This document shows, piece by piece, positions 1 through 14,200 of a stretch of 64,000 nt of DNA. The DNA is from Geosiphon pyriformis uo1 (lineage: Eukaryota; Fungi; Glomeromycota). Within the stretch, counting starts at the first letter, position 1. Each line of letters starts with the position of its first letter. The stretch spans positions 132,026 to 196,025 of the forward strand of contig JAAOMT010000561.1 of assembly GCA_016748015.1 (NCBI GenBank). The letters are read 5' to 3'. Both the position numbers and the translations under genes were made by a program. The notes beneath the pieces are model-generated. The model did no database searches, had not been told where the DNA came from, and saw only the letters and a list, made by a program, of their open reading frames with translations.

Positions 1-1300
1 CCTCAGTACAGCTCAATAATATATGATCCAGCTTCCTACACTTGGTGCATTTGACAGACATAAGATTAGACCAATGCAAATTAATGCCTCTAAGCACTAG
101 TATGGTTCCCATGACAGCATTCAATGATTTAGTAAAATCAAAACAAACAACAGCACATCTGACCTGAGCATATATAACAGGATGGCGATTGATAATACAT
201 GTCTTTCCACTTACAGATCTAACAAAGTCCTAGATATTATAAGCATTAGTCTCTATTGGCAGTGTGTAGAGCAGTGCCTTATGATAATCTTTTGCATCTT
301 ATGATTCTTTGTCTGAATCAGCTCTGGCAACATGCATAGCATTCTTCCTAATTAAGATAGACCACTCAGCTGCAACCAAATCAGCATAATCTAACTGCTC
401 AAATTTTACCACTGTTTTCTGCCACAGCTTTACCAATTGCATCTTGATTGACTTAATTATTCCAAACTCAGATAGCACAGCATGCACAGTTTCAGTCGAT
501 ATTCCAACTGAAATTTCCTTAACCATCACAGTCCGATCTGAATGACTAGATAATTTTTTAAGATCAGTGTTTACCAAAATATTTGCTGCTCTTGCTTTTT
601 CTGTAGTCTGCACCAAACTAAATTCAGAAGTAAAAGAAGCATAGATGATTCCTAAGAATTTTGAGAGAGTAAAGACCCCCCCAAAACTATTAACTTTTGA
701 AAATAGTTTTCTGACCACCACCAGCTTTTTTTAAGAAGATTTCTCAGCCACTTTATTCAGCTTAATATTCATAGCAAAAGATTTTCAGACAGAAACATTG
801 ACCAAATTCTTCAAAGGAGAAGTATTCAAAAAAATGTTATTATCATCAACATCATCCAAAAAATTGATTTTTCCCAATAATGTATTCAGAGCTTTTTTAG
901 TCACCAATCTCAGACCTTTTGGTGTTTGATTAGAATTGCTTTTTATAAAAAAACTCCTCTTACTATAATCCACACTGGTTTTCTCTACTAGACACTTCTC
1001 TTCTATGTCAACATTATCAAATTCAATGGTATCACTAGCTTTAGACCCCCAAGAACCACTAATAGCTTTTTTAAACAGGACCAGTTCACCAGCAGCACTA
1101 TCTTTTAAAACACCATCTTTTCTTTTTTTCCTAGAAGCAACATCTACTTTAACATCCTCTTCACTATTTATATGGCCAAAGCTTTTAACAAACTTCTTCA
1201 TTACAGCAATACTATAGCCAACAGTGGCTTCATAATCAAGCAAAAATAATTTAGATTTATTATACTGAATTGTAAAAAAACTTCTTTCAGAAAAAACTTT
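1..1300 (-). mobile_element. LINE (non-LTR retrotransposon) 5' end with ORF1, interrupted by stops; continues off the left edge
   Basis: ORFs 785-1243 and 299-721 (RKLFSKVNSFGG...IKMQLVKLWQK...) are homologous to ORF1 of the full-length LINE at 28543-35350 (RKLFLVINGFG...IKIQLIGLWQK). Confidence 0.85.
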
Positions 1301-3060
1301 ATTGACTTTTTTTTGGGAATTTTGAATGAAGAAAAGAAAGAAATTTTTTTTATTTTTAATAAATTTATTTAATTATTAAGTATTTAATAAAATATGTTGA
1401 ATTAAATTTATTTTTTACAACTTATTAGTCTAGTATATTAAGTAGACTTAATAATTATTATTTTTTTAATTTTTTACAAGTTTTTTATTAATAGTATTAG
1501 TTTATATAAATAATTTATTAAAAAATTTTGGTTGTTTTAATATAATTAATAAAACTATTATATTTTTTAAGTTGAATTTAAATATTAAAGTTGGTATATT
1601 ATTGTTAATTTTAACAAAATTTTATATTATTGTTTTGGTTTGAATTATATATTTAAATTTAATATTATAAATATCTAAATTTTTTTTTAACTTTTAAACA
1701 AATATTAAATTAAATATATAATTAATATTATTAAAAAAAATATTAATAAATTAGTTTAAAATTAAAAAAATTTTAATATTAATTATTTTTAATAAAATCT
1801 TTTTTGTTAATTTAAATATATAAATATAAATTTAATTAAATTTGCAATTGTATAATACTTCTATAAAAGTTTTAAGTTTAATTTTATTAGTTAAAAAACA
1901 ATTAATTTGCATATATATTTAATAAAATCTTTGTACAAAAAACTGCTAATTACTATTAAAAAAAATTGTATAATTTTAATTATTTAAATATTAAGTTACA
2001 AAAAATATAATAGCAAAAACAAAAAATATTAATGTAATAATTTTAATTTTGGTAACAATATTTAAAAAACTTAAATGTAAATTTTATACAAAAAATTTAA
2101 TATTATTTTTAATAAAATCAATTTTAAATTAATAAATATAATTAAAAATTAAAATACATTAATAATAATTTTAAACATAAAAATAAAAGCTATTTATTTA
2201 ATAATTAATTGCTTTTTAAATATTTTTAAAATTAATAGTATTCTTAAAAAACAAAGTATTTTAGTTTTTAACTTATTAATATAATTTTTGTAATTAAATA
2301 ATATAATAAAATTATTAAATAAAATTATACATAGTAATATAATTTGCTTAGTTTTTAAAACCAATAAAAATCAATTAAAATTTATTAAATTAGATAATAT
2401 AACCAAATACAAATTTATATTAGCTTTAATAAATATATTATTGCTGTTATTGTTTAGAATAAAAAAGAAATTATTATTTATAACCAAAAAAAATTAGGTA
2501 TTATAAATAATAGCTATAATATAAAGTTGGAAAAAATATTAAAAAAGACAAAAAAAAACCAGATTTCAAGATATTAAAAAATATCTTAAAAAATACCAAG
2601 AAAAACCAATAGCAATAATATTAATATTAAGGCTACAATTAATAAGTTACTTTAAAAAAACTTTTAATCAAAGACAAAAAAATGTTTTTTAGCAGTTAAA
2701 ACTCCAATTTTGTGTTTTTAATATTTAAGAAAAACACTTTAAAAGAATGCTGTTTAGTTATTTTATTATTAAAAAACATTTTGAAGAGTATTAATAATAA
2801 AAACCAAAGAAAATATGAGAATTGCTTTTATATTGTTAATTAATTAATAAAGTTATAATTTTACAATTTATTTTAATTTAAGAATAATTATATATTTTTT
2901 AAGATTTTCAAATAAATTGTTAAAATTTATTAATTTATAATGTTTTTAAATATAAAATTCTTTATTTAAAAGCTATTATTTAATTTGATTTAAAAATAAA
3001 ACAATTATATATAATATTTAATTGAAAATTAAATTTGTTTATTTGTATTTTAAGAACTTG
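1300..3060. repeat. Extremely AT-rich block, probably a decayed TE of unrecognisable family
   Basis: Very low GC, essentially no CpG, no ORFs; same texture as the identifiable decayed TEs elsewhere in the window. Confidence 0.5.
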
Positions 3061-4172
3061 ATAATAATTAAACGAGTCAATTTTTTTTCTTTTATGCAAG
3101 GTAAAAAGGAGAAGTTCACAAGTTGTATAAAAAATGTCATTTGTTAAAGTGAGAAAATGGCTTTATATCCTCGCATGTGAGTTTATTTTGCTAAATTTGC
3201 CACAATATTCTATTCGCAAAATACCCACTTTTACTTTTGTTCAATAAAAAATTTATTCAATTATAAATTTTACTAAAATGGCGCAGCAAATGCAATTTTC
3301 TGGAGAATTTCAATGGGCGTTCTGATATTTAATTTTTTTGCCAATACAAAATTTCAGGTTATTAACAAGTGGATCGCCATTATTTGTTTACGCCCACAGA
3401 GGCGTTGGTCAAGATTTAAACAAGATACAAAAGTTAAAAAAGTTATTTTTCACAACAATGAAATATTTCAGGGACTAAAAAACAGAAACATAATCTTTGA
3501 AAGGGTATCCTGCATAAATTGTGTAGCAGTTTTCGGGTATTATAGTGAAATTTTTCTTAAGTGTATTTCACCATTGTTGTATTTTGTTGGAGGGATTATC
3601 TCACAATCTGAAAATTTTCAATCGAAAAATAAAAATTAAATTTTTTGAAAATTCGATTTGATTTTTCTTCAGAAATAAAGTTTTCAATCAAACTTTACAT
3701 GTCATGAACTGTTTCCAAAGGAAAAAACTGCATAGGGCACTGACATCGAAAATTGAAAACGTGCAAATGCAACGCTTAGACGTTGTAAAGGAAGTCTACA
3801 CATGTCAAATATCTACATCCTTATGGGACCAAATTTTAAAAAAGATCTTACAAAAGAAGCAATAATACGCCGAATTAATGCAGTAGAAAAAATTACTTTG
3901 CAGCTTTGGCAAAAGTTCCCACGAAATTTCATTATCTGTCCTTCCTACCTTAAATCGCTTCCCTAACTTCCCTAGCTTCGGAACTTATTAATAAGACGTA
4001 ATCGTGAGAATTACGAAAAAAAGGTTCAAACCATAAATTTATCACTTGCAGTAAAATGTTTTATTGCTTTCGGAAAATCAAACTAACTCTACATGATTCA
4101 GAATAGTTATAAATTCCCCCAAATTTTTCTCTCGCACTTTACCCTCTAAATTTCTTAAAACGAAAAAAAAAA

Positions 4173-7100
4173 ATGACACAAAAGGCTTGTAATGAACTCT
4201 TCTTCAATAGTACACCTTCTTCCCCTATATTGGGAGCGGGAAGGTCAAAGTGTGAGTTAAAAAGCAACGTTCTTTTTCTGACTTCTGTTTAGACTTTTCT
4301 CGATAAAATTTTCCCGAGTTTACTTCCTAATTGTGCTCTTTTATGCTTTTGGCCTCTCCTTCCTTAGACGTTATTGGAGTCTGCGCCATGGATAACAAGG
4401 CTCGTTCAAAACCAATGAGGAACATTTTGAACCGCTTATTTTCTTTTGGAGAATTCGAAACGATAATTTTCGGTGACAAAGTTCTTCTTGATGAAGGTAA
4501 AGCCTCAATTTAAGCCTTCCTTTTTTCTCGCTTTTCCTTAATCTTTAATATTCTTTTTGATTACTCTGGAATCTTTACTTATCAAACTTTTCCTTCGTTT
4601 TCCCCTCCTTGAATAGACGTAGAAAACTGGCCCGGTTGTGATTTCTTCATTTCCTTTTTCTCGTCAGGTTTCCCATTAGATAAAGCAATTAAATATGTTA
4701 AATTGAGAAAGCCATTTTGCGTCAATGATTTGCCCATGCAGAAAATTTTATGGGACCGACGTCTAGTACTGTCCATACTAGATTCAATCAACGTACCCAC
4801 TCCACAACGGCTAATCGCCAGTCGAGATGGTGGTCCATCAATAGACCTGGAGGTTTTAGAAAAATTACGAAAGAATACTGGTTTAATAAAACTTAAACTA
4901 TGCGGCCAAGCTCAGCTGAAATTAATAGATTATGATACCATCAATGTTGATGGCCAATTGTTAAAAAAACCATTTGTGGAAAAACCAATAAGTGGTGAAG
5001 ATCACAATATTCACATTTATTTTTCGAAAGAAATGGGAGGTGGTGGCCGTAGATTATTTCGAAAGGTTTATACTTTCATTCATATTTTAGCTTGGCTTTT
5101 GAAATCCTTTATAGATACTAATTCCATTTGATTCAACACTTAGGTAGCGAACAAATCAAGTGAATATGATCCAGACCTCTTCGAACCTCGAACTGATGGA
5201 TCCTATGTTTATGAACAGTTTATGTATACTGACAATGCTGAAGACGTCAAGATCTACACCATTGGACCTTCCTTTGCTCATGCTGAAACACGTAAATCAC
5301 CTGTGGTTGACGGAATGGTACGGCGAAACACGGATGGGAAAGAGGTTCGATATGTGACAAAGCTTACCCCCGAAGAAAAGAAGATGGCCCGAGATATAAG
5401 CCTAGCTTTTGGTCAAACCGTTTGTGGCTTTGATCTGTTACGTGTCAATGGCAAATCTTATGTGATTGACGTCAACGGTTGGTCTTTTGTCAAGGGTAAT
5501 GACGATTATTATAGTAATTGTGCTCGGATTCTTCGCACAATATTTTTGAACGCTGTTCGAAAACGCAAAGTTAGCATCGATTCTATTCCAAAAGAGCTTC
5601 GATACGAGAATTCGTGGCGTCTCAAATCTTTCATCTCAGTATTCCGTCATGCTGATCGGACACCAAAACAAAAAATGAAATTCTCCTTTCGTAGTCAACC
5701 TTTCATTAATTTGCTCAATGATGGCACAGAAGAAGTCATTCTACGAACCCAAAATGAACTGTTTCAGGTTTTGGATGCAACACAAAAAGCGATTGAACAA
5801 TCGTTCGAAGATCGTGTCAAACTAGATCAACTTAAACTGATATTAGATATGAAACGTGAGCTACCTGGTACAAAGGTTCAAATTAAACCATCTTACAAAA
5901 AGGAAAGCGGTGAATTTGAAAAACTTCAACTAATAGTCAAATGGGGTGGCGAGGTTGGTTATTATAATGGTTCGATTTTTTTTTGGAATCATATTTAAGA
6001 GTCTCATGAACAATTCTTTTATATCACTTAGCCAACACATTCAGCTCGTCATCAATCACGTGATTTAGGAGAAAACCTCCGGAAAGATTTGTTAATAATG
6101 AACCGAGGTGTCTTTGACGATGTCAAAATATATACTAGTTCAGAACGACGCGTCAGCACAACAGGTATTGTAAATATAATAAAGGCGACATTTCATAGCT
6201 GTTTTCGAAAAGTCTGCCCCGCTTAGAATGATATAATATGTATAAAATTAAATATTTTTTTAATAAAAGTCATCTAATCTTCGTCCCGGAGTATTCTATA
6301 AGTGACCATACATGTTTCATTTTATTACTTTATCGGGTCTACTTTTCAGAAAACAGCCATGAAATACCCAGCCTTCTCTTGTCTATCCCATAAAATTGAT
6401 CAATCAACTTTTAATATGATGGATAAAACTTTGTCCTACAGCGGAAATTTTTGCAAGAAACTTTCTTGATATGGAAGACATTTCGGAAGAAATAATTCAA
6501 ATTCGAAAAGATATGCTCGATGATAGTAACGCGGCTAAAGAACAAATAGATACCGTGAAAAGTCACCTGTCCATACTTTTGAAACCTGGGGAATCATCTC
6601 AGATAGAATTTGGATGGCCAAAGGATATGCCAGAACCACGGATAGTGGTTCAGGAAATCATCGAATCGTTGAAGAATTTTCGTGACATCATGCGTCAGAA
6701 CTTTGCTTCGATGGATGTTGAAAAGATTCAACCTCGTTGGTGCTGCTCCGAAAATCCAATCCTCTTTAAGGAACGGTGGGAAAAACTCTTCAAAGATATT
6801 TGTGATGTTGATCGCCATAAATTTGATCCTAGCAAATTATCCGAGCTTTATGATTCCTTAAAGTATGACGCGTTACACAACCGACAGTTCCTCGAAAAAA
6901 TATTCACCGATCAATCAGATACCAAGAACGCTCGTAAAATAAAAAACCTATATCAACGAGGAAAAATTTTGTTCGATTTTGTGGCTCCGCAAGAATATGG
7001 TATTGAAGATAGTGAAAAACTGCAGATTGGGTTGTTGACATCACTGCCTTTGTTTAAGCAGATAATAGAGGATTTGGAAGTGGCTAAAGTAAGCCCCGGA

Positions 7101-7863
7101 CCATGTACTAGACTCTATTTTACCAAAGGTGAAGCATCACCTGTGAAAAATCGGCCAATATGTTTCATGGTCAATTGATTTCATTTCTGATACCATTAAC
7201 AAATATTTCCCAACTAACCTTCCGATCAGAGTCCCATGTACATACCCTATTAAATGTTGTGTTCTTGTCTGGTCTTCCAACCAGAATTCACAAGAATGAT
7301 ATACCGGAACTTGATTGTAAATATTTCCAACCAATAAAGCTTCATTATTTCTGAAATCACGTCTCCCTTAAAGTGGGTCATATTTGCTAATTTTGTCAAT
7401 ATAATGATTATTATTGTATAATCACACGTGAAAAGATCTTACTCAGATTACGTTTGAACTCTACGAGCGTAATCACAACGTATCTGGCAGCGACAAGGAA
7501 TATTCTTTACGCGTGGCGTTCAGTCCTGGAGCGCATGATCCAAATATTCTGGATATGCGATTGGATGCGCGACATTGCCTCAATGTGGCGCCAAGAAAGT
7601 AAGTGTTGCTTGTCTGATATGATGGTATTGATTATCTGTCCAATCACCACTTAATATATTCACCTTTCTTGTCTCTTGAAAATTCGAGAAATCTGACGGA
7701 CCACTTGCCACTCGATGAAGCTTTATCATATTATAAGCGGAAACTGGACAATCCACGGATGGCTGCGGTTGAAGAACAGTTGTTGTTGATGCACCATAAT
7801 AATCATCATAATCCAACCCCACAGATGCAATACGATACTTTGCGTCTTAGCAAATCATTTTGA
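4173..7863 (+). CDS. VIP1: Inositol hexakisphosphate/diphosphoinositol-pentakisphosphate kinase (Vip1/Asp1/PPIP5K), about 9 exons
   Basis: Spliced translation gives [48 protein letters not shown]-grasp motifs EDHNIHIY and [13 protein letters not shown]...DVNGWSFVK, histidine-phosphatase [10 protein letters not shown], and [17 protein letters not shown] introns (e.g. 4252-4367, 4497-4616) keep the frame. Confidence 0.95.
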
Positions 7864-8833
7864 AGATTATCAACTAGTCTAAATCTAATGAATGGTGGCC
7901 ATTTCCATGTGCTTTTCGGATCTTTTAATGTAGGCGAAGTAAACCCGTAGAGTATCCCAATCCCTTGAACACGATTTTTGATTTTTCTAGATATATATTT
8001 AAAGTGTGTATTAGTAGGAATACATAAAACTTTCATGTTAAATCAATTTAATTAAAGGAAGAACATTTAAATCCTGGCTGACATGATAGTTCAAATAATT
8101 TAGGGTAACCTGAGTTGATGATTGTAATCTAATTAAGTTTTAAGTTATTCAGGTAAATCAAGTCTTTAGCAATTTGAAACAGAGGATATTAAAACATAAA
8201 AGTATAGAAGTAACAGGGTTGATGTGATAACGATTTTAACCCAACCGCTTCATATTTATCGAATTTGAGATCTGTGAATTTGCTAGTTTTGAATGTCTGT
8301 TCATCAGTACTCACGGATTTGATGATCAAAAACCATTCTTTATTAAGGTGATTGAACAAGTAAATAGCCATACCATGATGTATGATCCCCATATAAACTT
8401 TTCAGATTTGTTCCTTTTGCCTAAAACTTTTAAACAAGCATCAGCATTTTGATACCTTGAAAAAAAATAGTTCTTGAAAAGTATATTACTAAATATTTGA
8501 TTATCTGTTTCAGGTGAGCGGATTTTTCGCAGTCAATTTTGAAAGTTTATTCAGTGGCCAATGGTAACTAGGATTTTTTGGTATAGTGAGATAATGGAGG
8601 ATTAAAAATATTATCAAAGGATCCATCTACCGTTAGAATAATGAAAGAAATTAAGCTTATACGCACAGCACGAGAATAATATCACCAAACTCGGAGTCTC
8701 CGAAGGATAAATTTCAAATCTAGTTAAGTTTATCCATAAAGGTGTCAATCGATTGGAGATAAGTCAAAGTGGAAGGCAAGGACTTTTACAAAAATTTTTA
8801 ATCTTTGGTATTGACATATGTTAACGTGTCCTT

Positions 8834-10032
8834 TTAGGCGGACTTTGATGGGGTCTTGGAGGCTTGGTCGACTTCCATATAGAGCTTCAATTCATCTAGG
8901 GTTAACGGCAGATTAGGGGGTAATTCAAGATAGTAGAATCGCATGATATGGCCAGCTATATTTTCGATATGTATTAACAATGTCAAGAAAAATATCGAAT
9001 TAAGAAAGTGGTAAATATTTAAGATCATTGAAAAAATGTCGTTCAAAGGATATCTTCCAATCGAGCCTCAAATAATTCCCACCAAGCTGGTTCTGTAGGT
9101 AATTTGACCTGACACATCCGTGCAGCAAGCCAAATCACTGCACAGGCAATGGTCGGCGGTTGATAGCATACATAGATGTTGGTTCGTAGGCTTATCCGGA
9201 ATAAAATTACTCGTAAATAATCAATATTCATAAATATTATGACACAATACTATACATACGAGTCATTTAAATACCCCCAAGCTTTCTGCGGAATTTCTTC
9301 ATGCTCGGTGAGTTCAAGAACCTTCAAATAATTGACCATTAACCCATATGGCAACTGCACGTGAACATTAAAGCCAAGTCGTTTGAGTATTTGCATTTCT
9401 GCGATTACTATAGCATCTTTCATCTCAAAAAAGGTCTGTATATAAAATTTTCAAAATGAAATGATCATAAAAATTAAAAATTAAAAAGTATAATAAGATT
9501 TATTCACTTGACCAAAATATTCCAGCGGTTCATGAGGCGTATTTTGATACCGTATTATTAAATAATGATAGACGTTGATAAGATCTCTAATTTTAGATGG
9601 AGATTCTTGCACCTTTGAGGCGAGGAAAAGGGCACCCATGCCTATATCCTGAGAAATTGTATATTGGCATGAGGGAGATTTCATTAGTTAAAAATTATGG
9701 ATAGTCTACCTCTTACCAAAGCCGAAAATTTTTTCAGCGAAGCCACATAAAAGAAACGTTGGAACAAGACTTGAGCAGTGGCCATGGCTACTTGTGGCCT
9801 AAATTCCATGAAATTCAAAACAATGAGGCCAAAAGTAAAAGGTTGCATAAGCAAGAAGAAACAGTAAAAGAAACAAATACAGCTTCATCAAAATTCCTGC
9901 CGACTGAATAAACTCGCAACCGAGCTGACGTAACGCGTCTTCAAGTTCTTCCGAAATACCATCTTTTCGAGAAGGTGTTGTCTCGAGCTGATCAAAGGTT
10001 AATATAGCGTTTTGGAGGGAAAGTTTTGACAT
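8834..10032 (-). CDS. Cyclin L-like transcriptional cyclin, 6 exons; last intron is AT-AC
   Basis: [86 protein letters not shown] and PPTIACAVIWLAAR are cyclin-L family cyclin-box motifs. Confidence 0.9.
8971..9053 (-). other. U12-type (minor spliceosome) AT-AC intron, 83 nt
   Basis: 5' end ATATCCTTT; branch-site-like TTTTCTTGAC with the A about 12 nt from the 3' end; ends TAC. Removal gives the in-frame LED/IENIAG. Confidence 0.85.
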
Positions 10033-11289
10033 TTTATCATTATTGATTTCTGTTTGATAAAATTTACAATGAAAATTGCAGGCATGAAATTTTGGTCTGT
10101 GGTTTTTATTTACCAAGAAAAAACTTAATTATCATGAAAACCAAATATTTATTTATTTATAGATTCTCCGATCATTACTTTAGTTGTAGCTAATTTGCCT
10201 TTAATAGCTAAAAGATTAATATTCAAAGCATAGAACTTTTTAATATTATTCCAAAAAATAAAGGAAAAATTTCTTTTCATTATTCATATCAAAATCACAA
10301 AAACCCAAAAATAAATCATTCATTTTATCAAAATTGAATCTTTTTATTTTGGACATATTTGTTTTGAAGTTAAGATAAGTTCAATTTTTATTATCTGTTT
10401 TGTAATTATTATTTTTCAAAAAAGTTAAACTTGCTCTATTATTCAAGTTAGTTTTTATGTTTGAAAATTTATTAGTATTAACCAAAAGTCTGTTTAATAA
10501 TATGTTTTTCTTATTATTTAAATGTTTTATATTACTAATTAAAACTTTTTGTTTTTAAAAAAAAAAGTTTTATTAATAAAATTATAAATAGATCTTTTTA
10601 ATTATATTACTATTAAAAACAGTTACCAAATTTACAATAAAAAGAATTGTGTTTTGAAAAATCATGAAAAATATATCAAAAAAAAGTTAAAAACAAAAAA
10701 CTTTTTTTTAAAATATTTGTTTTAAAAAATTTAAGATATTATTATAGTTTAGAATTTAAAAAAAAATCATAAAATAATATAAATTATTTAATTATAATAT
10801 AATATAATAATAATCTTAAAAAAATAATAATTAAATAATATTAATAACAAGTATTATTTTATAATAACAATAAATATTATCTTATAATAGTAATAAATAT
10901 TATATTAAAATATTAAAAAAAAAGTATTATAATATGTTTTTTTATAGAACTACAAACATATATATATATATAATAGTTTTAATATTAAAAAAAACAAAAA
11001 TTTTAATCTTTAAGCTTCTAATTTTATATTAATTATTTTTTAGTCTTTATTTTTAAAGAAATTTTTAATCAAAAAAAATAAGAAATAAGTTTAAAAATTG
11101 AATTATTATAGTAAAAAGTATTAAAAAATTTATTAGTACTAATTATTAAATAAAATTATTATTTATTAGCTAAATTTTTTAAAAAAATAATTTATAATTA
11201 AAAATTATTTATGTTATTATTAATTGATAAAAGCTTTATTATTAAAATTAAAAAAATTATTAAAAATTATTGATATTTTATGTTTTTTG

Positions 11290-14200
11290 TTTTTTTATTA
11301 TTAAATTTATTAATAAGTATAGTTTAATTACTATCTGGTATATAAAAACAAACTAAGTAATTTTAACTAAATATAACTTATATATTTATTATATATAACT
11401 GGTTATTTAAATTAATTAAGACAATATTATATTTTTATATAAACTTTTATATCATTTTTTATACTTAAAAAAAATAAACAAGCTTTACACAAACCAAAAC
11501 CAACAATAAATAATTCAATAATACTAAGTAAATAAATAATTTCAACAAAAAATCAAACAAATTATAAAAAATATTAAATATTATTTCTGTATTATTAATT
11601 AAACTATACTTTTTTATATTTGCTTTAAACTTGAATCTAATAAATCACAACTTACTATAATGTCTTTTAGTCAAATAATAAATAAAATTAATTATTACTA
11701 AAACAGTCTTTTTTATTATTATTAAAAATCAATACTGTCTTATTAATTCAATTTTTATAACCAAATTTTTTATACAAAATTGTATAAATATTAATATTTA
11801 ATATTTTTAATAAAAAAATATATAATTTTGAAAATATTAATAAAAAGTAAACTTTTATCAAAAACTTTTACAATTTAACATATTTAAACAAAATTCCAAA
11901 GTACACAAAAGCATTTTTTAAACAAGTAAAAACATAATTAAGCAGCTTAATATTATTATATTAAGTACAAAACATCTAGATAATTTTTATTATAAAGCTT
12001 TTTTTTAACTATTATTAATAATCTTTTATAAACTAGTTTTATTAAATATGTATAAATAATAACTAAAGTTCTATTGATAAACCAAAAAGCATATAAAATC
12101 AGAATAATAAATTAAAATAATACAAGTCTAATCTATATTTTAAATAAATAAGCCATCTATAATTCTGCATTCAAATCTGTTTTTTATTAAATTTAACAAA
12201 CTATTTAATAAATATTATAAACAAAATGATGAATATTATTTAATATAACCAAATTATCAATTATAATAAATTTTTTATAAATATTAATAAAAAATACTAA
12301 ACTAAAATATACTATATTATATACAAAAGTATTTGCTTAATTATTATTAGCTATTTTTAAATGACTTTTAACTTTTATTTACTTAATAACAATATTTTTT
12401 GATCTAATTAAATTAACTATATAATATTTTTTTACTCAAAACTTATTTTAGATATTAAATAGATAAAACTTGAATTTTAAAATACATATATCTATTATAA
12501 TATAACTGTTTATATACAAAATTATTAAACAAGAAAAAAAATACATTTTAATATTAAAGTAATTATTTGTAATTTAAATAATATTAAAGATAACAATTTA
12601 TAAATTTTAACATTTATATTTATCTTAATATCAAAAAAATAAGTCACTATTCTACTAGTCACTTTTAAAATATTCAAACTTTTTAATAAATTATTAGTAT
12701 ATATGTAAATTATCTTTGCTTATAACTTATGTAAATACTTATAAACATTTGTAAATTTTTTTAAACATAAAAAATTTGAACAACTAAAAATTAAAATAAA
12801 GTTTTTTAGAATTAATAAAAAGTTTATTTATATAAATTAATGCTATTTTAAATTACAGTAATATTAAATCTTAAAAACTTGGCTTTTTTTAATAATAAAA
12901 AGTTTTTTAATCCATAATTAATTCATGTTTGTTTAATAACCTGTTATTAAAAGCAATATTTAATTACTTTAAAAAATGAATTACATCAAAATAATAAAAA
13001 TCTTTCAAAATTTTGAATACAAAAAAATGACCAGAAAAATAAAAAATATTAAACAAATTGTTTGCCAAAAAAATCTTATTATTTAAAAAAATTTTTATAA
13101 TATCTGTTAAATAATTATTAACAAAATTAATTTTCAACTTATAAATCTAAAAAATAGTGCTCAAACAAATAGCCAAAAATTTTTATAATATTAAAAAAAC
13201 TAATTATTGAAACTATTTTGTTTTTTGTCTGTATTTGTTTAAAAAACTTTAATTCATAAAAAAATAAATGATACAAAGTTTTATTAGGAAAGTTATTTAA
13301 CAAATTGGTCATAAATTTAAGTTTTTTTTTATTATAATATTTTATTTTTGATATATATACTTAAACATAAAACTAAATTATATTTGGTAACCAATTATAA
13401 GCTATAAAACTACCAAAACTAAATAAAAAAACTGTTTATTTAATAGTGCTTTTCTAAGAACTATATTTAAAAAAAACCAAACATTTAAGTTTATTTTAAC
13501 AAGACTTGATTTAAATATTTTCTTAGTCAATAGAAAAATTCCTAAATATTTATAAGTTTAACAATAGAAATTGGCTAACTATTAATATACAAAAAAGCAT
13601 TTACTATTTTTTGATTAATAGAAATTATAACTGTTTTATTATTGTTAATAGAAATATTATTAATCTTAAAAAACTTATTAATAATATCTAAAATAAATTG
13701 TGTTAATACTTAACTATTCTTTATTCAAATTATATTATTAATAAAAATACCAGTCACAAAAAAAAAAGTTTTCTTACTACTAACTTTATCTTGTTTGTCT
13801 TTATTACAAAATTAAAGTTAATTTAATATTTACATAAATGTTTCTGTCTTTTAATCTTATACAATAAAAAATCATAAAAAATTCTTTAAAAAAATAGAAA
13901 GAAAATTTTATTTTGATTCAGTTTATTATGTACTTTATAATTATCAAAAAAACTAAAATAAGATATTATTTTATTGAATTTATTTATATAAATATTTCTA
14001 AAAAAATCAATAAATTTAATATATATTTTAATGTATTTTAAACTAATTTTCAAATAATACTATTTAACTAAATTATTTATTTTGCATATATCTTGTAGCA
14101 CTAATTAAAGCTTTTGGCTTTTTTTTAAACCATTTTTTATTATCAAGCTAACTGCAAATACAAATAATTAAATTAAAGTTTTCTTTAAAACTAAGAAAAT

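Noticed and set aside
3278-3639. ORF 3313-3639 and an alternative-frame FVYAHRG motif resembling glycerophosphodiesterase AHRG
   Set aside because: No further motif support, early stops and no consistent exon chain; likely VIP1 upstream sequence
8189-8392. 67-aa minus-strand ORF and a CTGATGA (hammerhead or C-box-like) at about 8301
   Set aside because: No recognisable protein, no GAAA core with flanking stems and no paired D box; probably the 3' UTR between convergent genes
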